The notes: generated by a model not told the origin, from the sequence alone. 61,836 nt of DNA from a virus (IMGVR_UViG_3300042386_001217:1-61836), one strand, 5' to 3'; counted from the first letter of the stretch, positions 28,745-39,251 are shown. Program-made: numbers and translations.

Positions 28745-30796
28745 TTATTTGTTTAATGTTTCTGTGTCAGATTCAATTTCTCCCCTACCCCTACCCAATG
28801 ATACAACAGTATCTATTAGATTTTTAGCATTTTCTTTACCAATTTTTGAATCTGTTGATTGTTTAGATTGCATTAAATAATTATTCATTTTATCTATTTC
28901 AGTTTTTGACTTTTCTAAACTTAATTTTTTTGCAGCTTCCGCGTCATCTATTATTTTTTTCAATAAATTACCAACAAATTTAGTTGTATTTTTTTCTAAT
29001 TTGTTTTTTACATCCTCAAACTTATTTTTAAGTTCTTGGTCTTCAGTCATAGACTTAAGAATATCAATATAATCGCTTATCAACTCTTTATTGGTCATTT
29101 GTGCCAATATTTCTTCTTCCATTTCATCCCATTTCGAAAATAACACTCCACCCGCTAATGACATTTCTAAACCCGCTTTTTTAAGTGCTGTTTTACCAAT
29201 TCCTGGAACATCTTTAGCAGCTTTGTTAATAGCATCCGAAACTTCTTTACTTTTTGTTATTTCTTTTACTTCAGATTTTAAATCTCCCAATTCTCTTAAT
29301 GATTGTAGGACTCCTTGCTCTTCTTTTGATAAGGTCTTAACAATATTACTAACTTCTTGTTCTGTAGTTGCATTTGCAAATTTTTTCATAAGGTTTTTTG
29401 ATACCGTAGGAGAAACTTTAATACCTAATTTACCAACAAATGGTGTTAAAGCCAATAACGCACTTACTTTTGCACCTTCAGTTTCACCTTGTTCATATTG
29501 CATTTTAGCGGCGTATAAATCCATACCAGCACTTATTAACAATAATGGCCATGTGGCGGGTAATAAAGCTAAAACTAATGAACCTGCATTAAGTAATGTA
29601 GGTCCCCAATCTTCCCAAGTTGTTTTATTAAAAAATGACCACTTGTCATAATAAATTAAGTAACCTTCTTGGTCTAAAGTACCAAAACCACTATATGTAC
29701 CACCATTAATAACTTCTTTGAATTTTATATTAACACCTTTAATTGGTACTGTAAAACTTTTAACTGTTGGCTTTGTAAAAAAAGGTGGTTTTGTTGTGTA
29801 TAATAAAGCTGCACTATTATCTTTGTCTATTATATTTTTTTTAAATTTATCAAATGACGATACATCATCATATGTCCAAAATTCTGTTGTGGCATCTGCT
29901 GGAATTTCATACTCACCAGACGCAGCGTAAATTTCAACTCTAGTTTGACTCTTTGCAATTTTATCTGCAAATTCTTTATTTGATTTTAATTCTTCAGGGC
30001 TTAATACTTGAGGTTTAACTACTGTTGTTGCGTCTCGATAACTTACTTGTCTTTGTGGTTTATTAAATTCAAGTTTTGATTTTCCTGTTGTAGTTAAATA
30101 CGAATTTTTTTTATTGAACCAATCGGTTCTTACTTTTTCATTTTGGTACCATGCTTTTGTAGTATTAGGACCAAAAGTACCGTATCCTTGACCTTTATTT
30201 AATTTACCACTTAAATACCAAGTAGGGTAGTTATCATCTAAAAAATCTTGGAAAGCTTTGACTTCTTCAGTACTTTTTGGCTTATCTTCCTCAATAAAGT
30301 TTCTTTGCCATGGTGCGACATTCGTATAATTATTATACCAAGACGTATAATCACTTACTTCTTGATTTTTTCTATATGAAGGATAGTAAGTGGGTGTGTA
30401 GTTATATGGACTTACCGCCCCTTCTCTAGGTTTACCAAAATTTTGAGGTAATGATTGTTTTAATTTTTGTGCGTTTGCTTCTTGTCTTGTTTGAATCTTT
30501 GGTTGTTTAATCGCGTTTCTTAATGATGCTGTCGAATACCATGTATTTATCGCACTTCTTTTTGTATAATCAGTTACTGTTTTTGGATACTGTCCGTTTT
30601 TAATTTCAGGGTACAACTGTGATGCGGGCATTTTTGTTTTATTAACAGGTTCTAATTTTAAATTCCCAAATTGGTCATAATAATAATCTGACATTTGTTC
30701 AACCAAAACTTTATTTTCTGTTAAAGTTTTACTCATATCGTACTTCATACGAAGTAAAATTTCATTCAATATGTCTTGTGGATTTTGATTTTTCAT
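28745..30796 (-). CDS. Hypothetical protein with peptidoglycan-binding-like motif and hydrophobic helices
   Basis: EVKAFQDFLD...GKLNKGQGYGTFGPNTTKAW. Confidence 0.75.
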   Translation of the reverse strand: MKNQNPQDILNEILLRMKYDMSKTLTENKVLVEQMSDYYYDQFGNLKLEPVNKTKMPASQLYPEIKNGQYPKTVTDYTKRSAINTWYSTASLRNAIKQPKIQTRQEANAQKLKQSLPQNFGKPREGAVSPYNYTPTYYPSYRKNQEVSDYTSWYNNYTNVAPWQRNFIEEDKPKSTEEVKAFQDFLDDNYPTWYLSGKLNKGQGYGTFGPNTTKAWYQNEKVRTDWFNKKNSYLTTTGKSKLEFNKPQRQVSYRDATTVVKPQVLSPEELKSNKEFADKIAKSQTRVEIYAASGEYEIPADATTEFWTYDDVSSFDKFKKNIIDKDNSAALLYTTKPPFFTKPTVKSFTVPIKGVNIKFKEVINGGTYSGFGTLDQEGYLIYYDKWSFFNKTTWEDWGPTLLNAGSLVLALLPATWPLLLISAGMDLYAAKMQYEQGETEGAKVSALLALTPFVGKLGIKVSPTVSKNLMKKFANATTEQEVSNIVKTLSKEEQGVLQSLRELGDLKSEVKEITKSKEVSDAINKAAKDVPGIGKTALKKAGLEMSLAGGVLFSKWDEMEEEILAQMTNKELISDYIDILKSMTEDQELKNKFEDVKNKLEKNTTKFVGNLLKKIIDDAEAAKKLSLEKSKTEIDKMNNYLMQSKQSTDSKIGKENAKNLIDTVVSLGRGRGEIESDTETLNK

Positions 30797-31089
30797 TATA
30801 AAAGTGTGTTTGCTTTACCTCGAGTTAATCCCGATTCCCATTTTGATTTACCGATTTGATTTCCTTTACCTCGTGTAACACCTGAATCCCATTTAGATTT
30901 TGGGTCTAATGTATTTCCTTTTCCTCTTTTAACCCCGCTATCCCATTTTGTAACTGTTGGGTATCCCCCTTCTCCACCACCTGATTCACCACCACCCGTA
31001 GATGTTGATGCTGCAGGTGCAGGTGCGGCCTCCTCATCCTCAGAAAGATTCATCATTTTTTTAATTCTTTTAATTTCTTCGGTCAGCAT
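30796..31089 (-). CDS. Small protein with three KW(D/E)SG..RGK(G/A)N repeats
   Basis: 97 aa; EEIKRIKKMM N-terminus. Confidence 0.75.
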   Translation of the reverse strand: MLTEEIKRIKKMMNLSEDEEAAPAPAASTSTGGGESGGGEGGYPTVTKWDSGVKRGKGNTLDPKSKWDSGVTRGKGNQIGKSKWESGLTRGKANTLL

Positions 31090-31117
31090 TTAAAGATAAA
31101 TACCTTAAGAAATTAAA

Positions 31118-31411
31118 TTATTCGTATTCAGGTTTTGGTAATTTTTCAGGATATACAACGTAATACTCATTTAAAAATGTTTTTAAATCTTCTTCGTCAA
31201 TATAATCAAAAAAATCATCGTTAGGGTCCTCACCCTCATCTTCAAATAAAAAGTCAGTTAGTGGTGATAGATATTCAAAACCAAATTCTTCAAAATAAGA
31301 ATTTTCAATAACATCAGTTCTAATCATGTCTTCTTCGTCATTAACCATTCTAAAAACAACTTCAGTTATTCTCTCACTTTGGTTGTATGACACAATTTCA
31401 ATTATTTCCAT
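31118..31411 (-). CDS. Hypothetical acidic protein
   Basis: 97-aa ORF. Confidence 0.7.
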   Translation of the reverse strand: MEIIEIVSYNQSERITEVVFRMVNDEEDMIRTDVIENSYFEEFGFEYLSPLTDFLFEDEGEDPNDDFFDYIDEEDLKTFLNEYYVVYPEKLPKPEYE

Positions 31412-31492
31412 TTTTTTAATTCAATAAAATTTATTACCTTTGCATAACAAAATATCTCAATATTTAGCAAAAGACCATTTATAATTTAAATT

Positions 31493-31699
31493 ATGTTATT
31501 TAAAAAACAAAAATCCACAGTTGACGTTAAAGTTTTTAGAAAAGCTTGTGTTGTAATTGACTCTTGTACAACGTATACTCAACTAAAAAGAGCAATGAAT
31601 TACGTTGATTTGTACTACAAAATGTACAATGATTTTAAAACGTACAACCATTTACAAAATTTGGTTTCACAAAAAATGGTTGATGTAAAAATATTCTAA
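31493..31699 (+). CDS. Hypothetical protein
   Basis: 68-aa ORF after TACCTTTG, followed by a terminator. Confidence 0.7.
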   Translation: MLFKKQKSTVDVKVFRKACVVIDSCTTYTQLKRAMNYVDLYYKMYNDFKTYNHLQNLVSQKMVDVKIF

Positions 31700-31700
31700 T

Positions 31701-31727
31701 AAAAAACCCACCTTTGTGGTGGGTTTT
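31701..31727. terminator. Bidirectional intrinsic terminator
   Basis: AAAAAACCCACC-tttgt-GGTGGGTTTT. Confidence 0.8.
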
Positions 31728-31731
31728 GATA

Positions 31732-32505
31732 TTAATTGAATTTTGAAAATCTTTTAAACCATTTTAAGGATTCCTGAATTGATTCCTTAACTTTTTCTAC
31801 TTCTTCGGGGTCTTCCATTTCTCTGAACACACCACTATTGTTGATAGGTCCTTCAGAATCAAATTCATAAGGTTCCCACTCTCCACCTAAATCTTCTTTT
31901 CCATCATAGGTGTTATTCATTGCAATTTCTAAGTCTCTTAACATTGCCCTTGCATCAGGGTCGTTATCGTGTTGTGAAACGTAGTCTAAAACATCCTGTT
32001 GTTTTTTTAAACCTGAACCATAATCTTCATCTTTATCACCAGGTTCAAATTGCTCAGGTCCACCTGAATCAAAATCGTAAGCACTGAAATCAATATCAGA
32101 ATAAGGTTCTTGTAATGACGCTGAAACTTCTTCAGCCATATAATCAAAACCTTGACTATACATTGGTTCAGGGTTTTTAACAGTATATCCACATTCGTTA
32201 CATTCGCCTTCGTACATCATTCCACTACCACACTCTTCACACATTTCACCTTCTGCAACATAATCAAACTCATCTTGTAATTTTGCAACATCACCTTTAC
32301 TTTCACGTAAGTTAAAATTTGAATAAGTCCTAACACCACCGTTAGCAGTTACTTGAACTCCTTTTTTATCGCCAGCTGGGTCGTATACTCCTATTCTGTT
32401 ATCAGGTTGTTGTAGTTGCAATGTTTGATAACCATTATAAGGTTGTTTGTGTTGGTTAAGAAGGGCTTTCTTTTCCTCGTCAGAAATGTTTAACATATAT
32501 CTCAT
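31732..32505 (-). CDS. Hypothetical acidic protein with CEECG..ECNECG motif
   Basis: 257 aa; TATTTAT upstream. Confidence 0.75.
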   Translation of the reverse strand: MRYMLNISDEEKKALLNQHKQPYNGYQTLQLQQPDNRIGVYDPAGDKKGVQVTANGGVRTYSNFNLRESKGDVAKLQDEFDYVAEGEMCEECGSGMMYEGECNECGYTVKNPEPMYSQGFDYMAEEVSASLQEPYSDIDFSAYDFDSGGPEQFEPGDKDEDYGSGLKKQQDVLDYVSQHDNDPDARAMLRDLEIAMNNTYDGKEDLGGEWEPYEFDSEGPINNSGVFREMEDPEEVEKVKESIQESLKWFKRFSKFN

Positions 32506-32555
32506 ACAATATAAATATAGTTGAATTTCATAATTTATTTTTTTATCATTGTTAA

Positions 32556-32852
32556 ATGAATTTTGTTGTTGATATTGACTCGTATGCCGAAGGAGCGGTT
32601 TTGCTCAGTGGGTTTGAAGATTGTATTATTGGTATTGTTGAAGAATTTGGAAATGGTAGAAGAATGCTTTATAGTAAAGATATGATTTTAGATAAACTTA
32701 AAAGTCGAGATTCAATGACATCAGAAGAAGCTGAAGAATTTTATGATTACAATATTTTGGGTTTACACGCTGGTGAACAAAACGCAGTATTCTTGGATTT
32801 GGAACTTACACCTGAAAAAAAGGATAAAGAATATATCTACAAATTAAAATGA
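32556..32852 (+). CDS. Hypothetical phage protein
   Basis: GFEDCIIG...EEAEEFYDYNILG. Confidence 0.75.
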   Translation: MNFVVDIDSYAEGAVLLSGFEDCIIGIVEEFGNGRRMLYSKDMILDKLKSRDSMTSEEAEEFYDYNILGLHAGEQNAVFLDLELTPEKKDKEYIYKLK

Positions 32853-33208
32853 AAAGAAGTGAACTAACATACGGAACAGAGATAGGTTCACAACTTGTTA
32901 AAGTAGATTTAAATAAATTTGAATTATTCAAAGAAAAGAAATTAAATACTACTGATAAACATTACGCCCAAAGAATCGAAGAAATTAAAAAAGAATTAAT
33001 TGACCTTTTGGATGAAAAAAGATGGAATGATATTATTTGGATGACAATTAAATTCAAACCATATGAAACATTAAAAGTTCATTTATACCAAAAAGAAGAT
33101 GGTGAATATATTACAACCATAATTGGTCCTAAAGAGTGGAATAAAAACTACGATTACATTGGGACATTTGTATTGTCATCAGAATCCAATACTTTTAGAA
33201 AGATTTGA
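32849..33208 (+). CDS. Hypothetical protein
   Basis: 119 aa, ATGA overlap. Confidence 0.7.
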   Translation: MKRSELTYGTEIGSQLVKVDLNKFELFKEKKLNTTDKHYAQRIEEIKKELIDLLDEKRWNDIIWMTIKFKPYETLKVHLYQKEDGEYITTIIGPKEWNKNYDYIGTFVLSSESNTFRKI

Positions 33209-33239
33209 ATTTAACAAAATAATTAACTAACTTTGTATT

Positions 33240-33890
33240 ATGAAATTGATTTTAGAAAAAGGACAAAATCTTTTTTTTACGAGTGATACACATTATTCAC
33301 ACTCAAACATCTGTCGTGCAACAACAAGATGGACCGATGCTGATAGTGTGACTCGCGATTTCAAAAGTTTGGAACACATGAACGATACACTTGTTAACAA
33401 CATCAATGAAGTTGTTGGACAAGATGATATTCTAATTCACTTGGGTGACTGGTCTTTTGGTGGTTTTGAAATGATTGAAGAATTCCGTAATAGAATTCTT
33501 TGTAAGAATGTTCACTTGGTTTTTGGAAACCACGACCACCACATTAGAAGAAACAAAGGTGGTATTCAAGAGATATTCAGTTCAACTCAAGATTACTTAC
33601 ACTTGGATTTACGAATTCCAAAAGGTAAAGAAGTTGACAAATTAACTTTGGTTTGTATGCACTTTCCAATTGCAAGTTGGGATGGAATGAATGATGGAGT
33701 TCCCCACTTGCACGGACACGTTCACTTACCAAGACATCAAAGGATTGGACAGGGTAAGGTTATGGATGTTGGTGTTGACGGAAATGACTTATACCCAATT
33801 TCCATCCAAGAGATTAGAACGATAATGAAGGATAGACCAGTAAGAAGTTTGTCACTTCCTAAAGACCACCATGAAAAAAGATTGATATAA
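33240..33890 (+). CDS. Calcineurin-like metallophosphoesterase
   Basis: SDTH, LGD, GNHD, HLHGHVH, DVGVD. Confidence 0.92.
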   Translation: MKLILEKGQNLFFTSDTHYSHSNICRATTRWTDADSVTRDFKSLEHMNDTLVNNINEVVGQDDILIHLGDWSFGGFEMIEEFRNRILCKNVHLVFGNHDHHIRRNKGGIQEIFSSTQDYLHLDLRIPKGKEVDKLTLVCMHFPIASWDGMNDGVPHLHGHVHLPRHQRIGQGKVMDVGVDGNDLYPISIQEIRTIMKDRPVRSLSLPKDHHEKRLI

Positions 33891-34042
33891 TGTTTTTTGT
33901 TGGTTTGATTATAGGTTTGTTGTGGGGAATTATATGGTGTTTTAAATACCATATATCCCCACTTCAAGAACAGAATGAAGAATTAACAATCGGAATGCAC
34001 GATTGTATAAAATCAGGTTTAATAGATAATAAGGAAGAATAA
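33890..34042 (+). CDS. Small membrane protein (50 aa)
   Basis: Below the track threshold; MFFVGLIIGLLWGIIWCFK..., fills the gap with a 1-nt overlap. Confidence 0.6.
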   Translation: MFFVGLIIGLLWGIIWCFKYHISPLQEQNEELTIGMHDCIKSGLIDNKEE

Positions 34043-34043
34043 T

Positions 34044-34463
34044 ATGATACAATATTCAAGCGAAGGTAAAAACCTTTATTTAGTTCGTGGTATTCCTGGT
34101 TCAGGAAAATCTACATTTGCAAAACAACTCGGCGCGACTCATTTTGAAACTGACACTTATTTTATGGTTGATGGTGAATATAAATTCGACCCAACCAAGC
34201 TACGAGAAGCTCATAATTGGTGTCAAGGAGAAGTGGAACTTGCAATGATTATGAATCAAACAACAGGTGACCACTCAGATATTGTCGTTTCAAATACATT
34301 CACACAAGAATGGGAAATGGAACCATATTTTCTTTTGGCTAAAAGTTGGGGTTATCGTGTGTTCTGTTTGATAGTTGAAAACAGACATGAAGGTAAAAAC
34401 GAACATGGTGTTCCTGAAGAAAAACTTCAGATAATGAAAGACAGATTTGAAATTAAATTATAA
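34044..34463 (+). CDS. P-loop kinase (AAA_33 / polynucleotide kinase-like)
   Basis: RGIPGSGKSTFA, VVSNTF, N.HGVP. Confidence 0.85.
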   Translation: MIQYSSEGKNLYLVRGIPGSGKSTFAKQLGATHFETDTYFMVDGEYKFDPTKLREAHNWCQGEVELAMIMNQTTGDHSDIVVSNTFTQEWEMEPYFLLAKSWGYRVFCLIVENRHEGKNEHGVPEEKLQIMKDRFEIKL

Positions 34464-34469
34464 AAACAT

Positions 34470-35306
34470 ATGAAAAGAATACTAACACTCTTACTCGTAA
34501 TGTTGACCGCTTTTAGTGTCAACGCAAAATGTGACTGGACTGGTCATTGGATGAAAAAAGTCAATCAACAAGGAAATGTATTTACATTCCAAACAAATTT
34601 ACACATGGATACCTGTACTAGTTATCTTTGGTTGGTCTATGATTATCAATTGAAAAGAACTGATACAATGCCAGATTTCAGAGGATTTACACAAATTCAA
34701 TTCAATACTAAAGGTAAGTATAGAGTTGGTTTGAAGGCAATTGATAAGTGTAATAATTGCGACACCACATTCAAATATGAGGTTGATATTACAATTTTTG
34801 GTAAAGCGGATGTTACATATAGAATTGGAGTTCATAATTGCAAATCATACACTTTTGAACTTACAAATATGAATGATACTTGTACTGAATATTATTACAC
34901 AATATACAAGAGTTTGTATTTTGATACTATGAGTAAAACTAAATGGGAAAAATTAACTGACTCAGCAATTTATTTCGGTTATGATTTCGATGATAAAGAT
35001 TTAGTTTATTATAACATGGCTTCGCAAAGAATCGTACAACACAAATTTACGGACTCAGGTAGACACTTACTTGTTGGTTATTGGTATAACAAATGTACTG
35101 GTATTGATACATGGATTATGAGAAAAATGATTGTGTGTCCAACAGAACCAACATCAGGAATTACTAGGTTTAATAAATCAGAACCAAAATTAATCGGAGT
35201 TTACGATATGTTGGGTCGTCCTGTGTACAATATTAGAGAAAATGAAATTCTAATTTACTTGTATAGTGACGGAACAAGACGTAAAATTTATAAAACAAAT
35301 AAATAA
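34470..35306 (+). CDS. Secreted protein with signal peptide and T9SS-CTD-like C-terminus
   Basis: MKRILTLLLVMLTAFSVNA; C-terminal IGVYDMLGRPV...ILIYLYSDGTRRKIYK. Confidence 0.7.
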   Translation: MKRILTLLLVMLTAFSVNAKCDWTGHWMKKVNQQGNVFTFQTNLHMDTCTSYLWLVYDYQLKRTDTMPDFRGFTQIQFNTKGKYRVGLKAIDKCNNCDTTFKYEVDITIFGKADVTYRIGVHNCKSYTFELTNMNDTCTEYYYTIYKSLYFDTMSKTKWEKLTDSAIYFGYDFDDKDLVYYNMASQRIVQHKFTDSGRHLLVGYWYNKCTGIDTWIMRKMIVCPTEPTSGITRFNKSEPKLIGVYDMLGRPVYNIRENEILIYLYSDGTRRKIYKTNK

Positions 35307-35332
35307 GGTATTTAATAATTAAACAATAAAAT

Positions 35333-36061
35333 ATGAAAAAACTATTATTCTCACTCGCTTTAATAGGTATGATTAGTTTTATGGGTTGTAAAAAAGAAAC
35401 CATAACACCAAATCCTGAACCTATCGTAAATCTTATGGTCGATGAAGAACCAAATGCGGTTGTAGATTCTATGGGTACTGTCATCTTTGACAATCCAATG
35501 ACATCTGACGTAACACCATTAACAGACGCAAAAATAATGGATTATCCTTTATTCTTGGATTATGACCCTTTTACTATGGTTGTATCAAGAACAAACAAAA
35601 TCGATTCTTGTGTAAAAGGTATTGAAACTACAAAGGCAGAAAAAGAGCTGTTAACAAAGGCTCATTTGGCCAAAATAGAATGTCAAAAACAAAATAAGTT
35701 GACAATCGCAAGAATTCACAGAGAAATTGAATCTTGGGCTAAAACTCAAAAAGAAAATTACTACAAGAATTGGTATATGGTTGAAAAAGGAAAATTAGAT
35801 GATTCTTTAAAAAGAGGTTTGTTAACACAGACTCAATATAAAGAAAAGTTAACTTCTTTGGAAAAAACTTGGTCAGGTAAAATGTCATACTTGAATGGTC
35901 AGGTTAAAGAAAAAATAAAGTTAAGTGTTGAAAGAGCGGAGGCTAGCGGTAAAATAAAAGATTGTGAAAAAATATATCTACAAAAAGTTTTAGATATTCT
36001 TGGAAAGACAAGATACAAGAAGTGGATTGAATGTCACAAATACAACTATAAGAGAAAATAA
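35333..36061 (+). CDS. Putative lipoprotein
   Basis: SPII-type signal MKKLLFSLALIGMISFMG-C-KKE. Confidence 0.75.
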   Translation: MKKLLFSLALIGMISFMGCKKETITPNPEPIVNLMVDEEPNAVVDSMGTVIFDNPMTSDVTPLTDAKIMDYPLFLDYDPFTMVVSRTNKIDSCVKGIETTKAEKELLTKAHLAKIECQKQNKLTIARIHREIESWAKTQKENYYKNWYMVEKGKLDDSLKRGLLTQTQYKEKLTSLEKTWSGKMSYLNGQVKEKIKLSVERAEASGKIKDCEKIYLQKVLDILGKTRYKKWIECHKYNYKRK

Positions 36062-36131
36062 AATAAAAAATAATTAATATTAGAAGCCCCGAGATTTGAA
36101 CACTCGGGGTTTTTTATTTATCTTTGCATCT

Positions 36132-36527
36132 ATGAAAAAACTATTATTCATTTTATCCGTTCTTCCACTCAGTTTGTTTTCACAATACATGAGTTTCCCA
36201 ACCCACTATGACGCACAGGAAACATCAAGACACATCATACACGGTGATTTGGGACATTATCTGTTAGATACTGTAGAATTTTCCGTAGAAAAAAAGAATG
36301 GTGACTTCAAAACAAAAGATATAACATCGGACAAGGTTATCGAAAACGTAACCAAAATTTTTTCAAAAGGTAATTGTGAATTTACAAGTAAAACCAATGG
36401 TGGTTATATTTTCACGATTTCAGTTATAAGTAAAAAAGATGAAACTGTAATATTAAAAAAGGTAATCTTTTATGTTGATGCACACACCCAAAAAATTAAA
36501 TCAATCGAAATCATAAAAGGAGAATAA
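36132..36527 (+). CDS. Putative secreted protein
   Basis: MKKLLFILSVLPLSLFS-Q signal; ATG after TATCTTTG. Confidence 0.7.
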   Translation: MKKLLFILSVLPLSLFSQYMSFPTHYDAQETSRHIIHGDLGHYLLDTVEFSVEKKNGDFKTKDITSDKVIENVTKIFSKGNCEFTSKTNGGYIFTISVISKKDETVILKKVIFYVDAHTQKIKSIEIIKGE

Positions 36528-36528
36528 T

Positions 36529-37239
36529 ATGAAATTTTTTAGCGAAGAAATAAAATTACTTTCAGTCTATATACTTGTACTATTTGTAATGATTCAACTG
36601 TCATTAATGAATGGACAGTCTAAAAACAGCACATCTTCAGTACAAATTGATACTATGGTTAAAAAAGATACTGTAGTTAAAGTTGAAGATACTTTGATTG
36701 ATGTTAAAGATAATGTCGCATTATTCATTGGTGATTCCCACACCGCAAATGAACAAAGTGGTTGGCAAAGAGTGTTGTGTAATAAAACAGGTATGAAATA
36801 TAACAATGCATCTGTTGGTGGAAAAACAACTTATTGGATGTTGGAGATGGGTGTGTATAAATTAAACAATAAAATAGACTATTGTTTTGTTTATGGTGGT
36901 GCGAATGACATGTATTCAAGTCATATTACACCAACAGAAGCGTTAAATAATATTAAAGGTATTGCAAGAATGTGTAAGGGATTGGGTATTAAATGTTATG
37001 TTTTAACAGGATTTGACCCAAGAAAATGTACAAGAACCCAAAACCCAAATTATGTTCCAAGATATGAAAAACTTCAAGAACTTATTTTAACTGAATACTT
37101 GGAAGGTGCAACACCAATAGATGTAAGAGTTGTTGATAGAAAAGATTGTTGGGATAATCTATGTCACATGTCACCCGCAGGACATAAAAAAATTGCGGAA
37201 AAAATTATTAAGGATTTAAAGTTAAAAACAATCAATTAA
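36529..37239 (+). CDS. SGNH/GDSL hydrolase, membrane-anchored
   Basis: FIGDSHT, GG, GAND, DNLCHMS..GH. Confidence 0.9.
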   Translation: MKFFSEEIKLLSVYILVLFVMIQLSLMNGQSKNSTSSVQIDTMVKKDTVVKVEDTLIDVKDNVALFIGDSHTANEQSGWQRVLCNKTGMKYNNASVGGKTTYWMLEMGVYKLNNKIDYCFVYGGANDMYSSHITPTEALNNIKGIARMCKGLGIKCYVLTGFDPRKCTRTQNPNYVPRYEKLQELILTEYLEGATPIDVRVVDRKDCWDNLCHMSPAGHKKIAEKIIKDLKLKTIN

Positions 37240-37257
37240 TTTTCGTATCTTTGCGTT

Positions 37258-38298
37258 ATGTTAAAGGAATTAGATGAACTTTCAGTAAAAGGTTTGGTTA
37301 CCAAACAAGTTCATAAGAACTTGCCTTTATCTATTTGGAATTATTCTCCAAAGGCACAATACGAAAGTGCTTGGGACCAATATCCGTTATTACTTCAGAC
37401 CAGAGGTTTAATTATAGATAATGATGGTAATGTTGCTGCTCGACCATTTAAGAAATTCTTTAACATAGAAGAAAATAGACACACACCAACTCAAGACTTT
37501 GAAGTCTTTGAAAAGATGGATGGTTCTTTGGGTATAATGTTCAAATACAAAGGAGAGATGGTGTGTGCAACTCGTGGTTCATTCAATTCAGACCAATCGT
37601 CTTGGATGACTAAATTTGCCAATGAACATAACTACCAAAATATAATCGTTGAGGGTTTTACTTATTTGTTTGAAATAATCTATCCTGAAAACAGAATAGT
37701 TGTTGATTATAATGGTCAAGAAAGATTGGTATTGTTGGGAATAATCAACACTGAAACAGGGGAAGAACTACCATATGATGATATTTCATTTGATGGTTGG
37801 GATATTGTTGAAAAATATGATGGAATTCGGGATTATTCCGAATTGAAGGTTAAAGTTGAGCAAAACGCTGAAGGATTTGTTGTTCGTTTTTCAAACGGAG
37901 ACCGAATGAAAATCAAAGGAGAAGAATACTTGCGTCTTCATAAGATAATGACCAACATATCAACCACTGGTGTTTGGGAACATTTATCTAATGGTGGTGA
38001 CATCAACGAACTACTAAAAGATGTTCCTGATGAGTTCTATAACAAAGTTAAAGAATATGCCGACAGATTGAAATATGGATTTTATCAGGTTTCTGAACAT
38101 TGCGGAAAATCTCATGATTATTTCCGTTATGGAAAATATGGTGATAGGGAATTTGAACCAACAAAGAAACAATTTGCCGAACATGTTCTTCAACACTCAC
38201 ATCCACCTTACAGACCTGTTATGTTTGCAATGTGGGATGGAAAACCTTATGAAAAGTTAATTTGGAACATATTAAAACCTGAATGGAAAAAACTATGA
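37258..38298 (+). CDS. RNA ligase (T4 Rnl1-like)
   Basis: RPFKKFFN, EKMDGSL, FEII, EGFV, KIKGEEY. Confidence 0.92.
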   Translation: MLKELDELSVKGLVTKQVHKNLPLSIWNYSPKAQYESAWDQYPLLLQTRGLIIDNDGNVAARPFKKFFNIEENRHTPTQDFEVFEKMDGSLGIMFKYKGEMVCATRGSFNSDQSSWMTKFANEHNYQNIIVEGFTYLFEIIYPENRIVVDYNGQERLVLLGIINTETGEELPYDDISFDGWDIVEKYDGIRDYSELKVKVEQNAEGFVVRFSNGDRMKIKGEEYLRLHKIMTNISTTGVWEHLSNGGDINELLKDVPDEFYNKVKEYADRLKYGFYQVSEHCGKSHDYFRYGKYGDREFEPTKKQFAEHVLQHSHPPYRPVMFAMWDGKPYEKLIWNILKPEWKKL

Positions 38299-38756
38299 AG
38301 ACATTTAAAGAAATTGAACGCAAATTTTTATTGAAACGTTTTCCAAGATTAGAAAAGATTAACACTGTTTATCAGATAGAACAGTGGTATCACCATGATG
38401 GATTTAGATATAGAAAACAAATTGAACTTCCTACCCAAAAGGTTGTCTTCTTCAAAACAAAGAAGACAAACCTTTCAAAGGGTGTAAACCAAGAAGAAGA
38501 AACATCATTAACTCGGGAAGAATTTGACCAATTAGATTTATCGAACTCACTTCATATTAAAAAAACCAGAACGGTAATTAAGTACAAAGGTCACAAATTT
38601 GAGATTGACAAATACGACGGAATTAACATTATTATTTTGGAAATTGAGTTGAAAGATTTGGAAGAAAAGATTATTATTCCAAAGTACATTGATAAGGAAA
38701 TATTATACGAAGTAACAGGAATAAAAGAATTTAGCAACAAAAAATTAGCAGAATGA
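38283..38756 (+). CDS. CYTH-domain protein
   Basis: EIERKFLL, KKTR, FEID, LEIEL, EVTG...SN. Confidence 0.88.
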   Translation: MEKTMKTFKEIERKFLLKRFPRLEKINTVYQIEQWYHHDGFRYRKQIELPTQKVVFFKTKKTNLSKGVNQEEETSLTREEFDQLDLSNSLHIKKTRTVIKYKGHKFEIDKYDGINIIILEIELKDLEEKIIIPKYIDKEILYEVTGIKEFSNKKLAE

Positions 38757-39070
38757 CAAACGAAGATTGGATAGAAGAATTATTTCACGACGCATATAAA
38801 CTCGGAATATTCAAAAAGATGCATCCAAAAATTGACGAACTACAACAATTACACCCCGATTTAAAATATGTCGAATTGGTAGAATTGGCTTTCATGGAAC
38901 TTAGGAGAAAACATGAAGAAAGTACTGAAAAATTATCTGATGAAGAATTGCAGAAATATTATATAAAATATGCCTCTTTTGAAGATACTGATGACACATA
39001 TACCTTTGGGGAATTTAAAAACAAAATATATAAAGACGAAAAGTTCAGAAAGGCTTATATAAATGAATAA
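38753..39070 (+). CDS. Hypothetical protein
   Basis: Operon-like overlap with neighbours. Confidence 0.7.
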   Translation: MTNEDWIEELFHDAYKLGIFKKMHPKIDELQQLHPDLKYVELVELAFMELRRKHEESTEKLSDEELQKYYIKYASFEDTDDTYTFGEFKNKIYKDEKFRKAYINE

Positions 39071-39251
39071 GTGGTTTGTCAATAAAAACAAATTTTCAAG
39101 TTTTCCTGGTCACATTTGGTTTGTACCTTGTATCAGTATTTGGTACGATAAAAATACATTCTTGGAAACAGGGGTAGAAACACCCGCATTTGGTGTCCAA
39201 ATCGCTTGGTTAAGATGGTCTTATGGATTTACAATACAGAAAGGATATTGA
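39063..39251 (+). CDS. Hypothetical protein
   Basis: Operon-like overlap. Confidence 0.65.
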   Translation: MNKWFVNKNKFSSFPGHIWFVPCISIWYDKNTFLETGVETPAFGVQIAWLRWSYGFTIQKGY

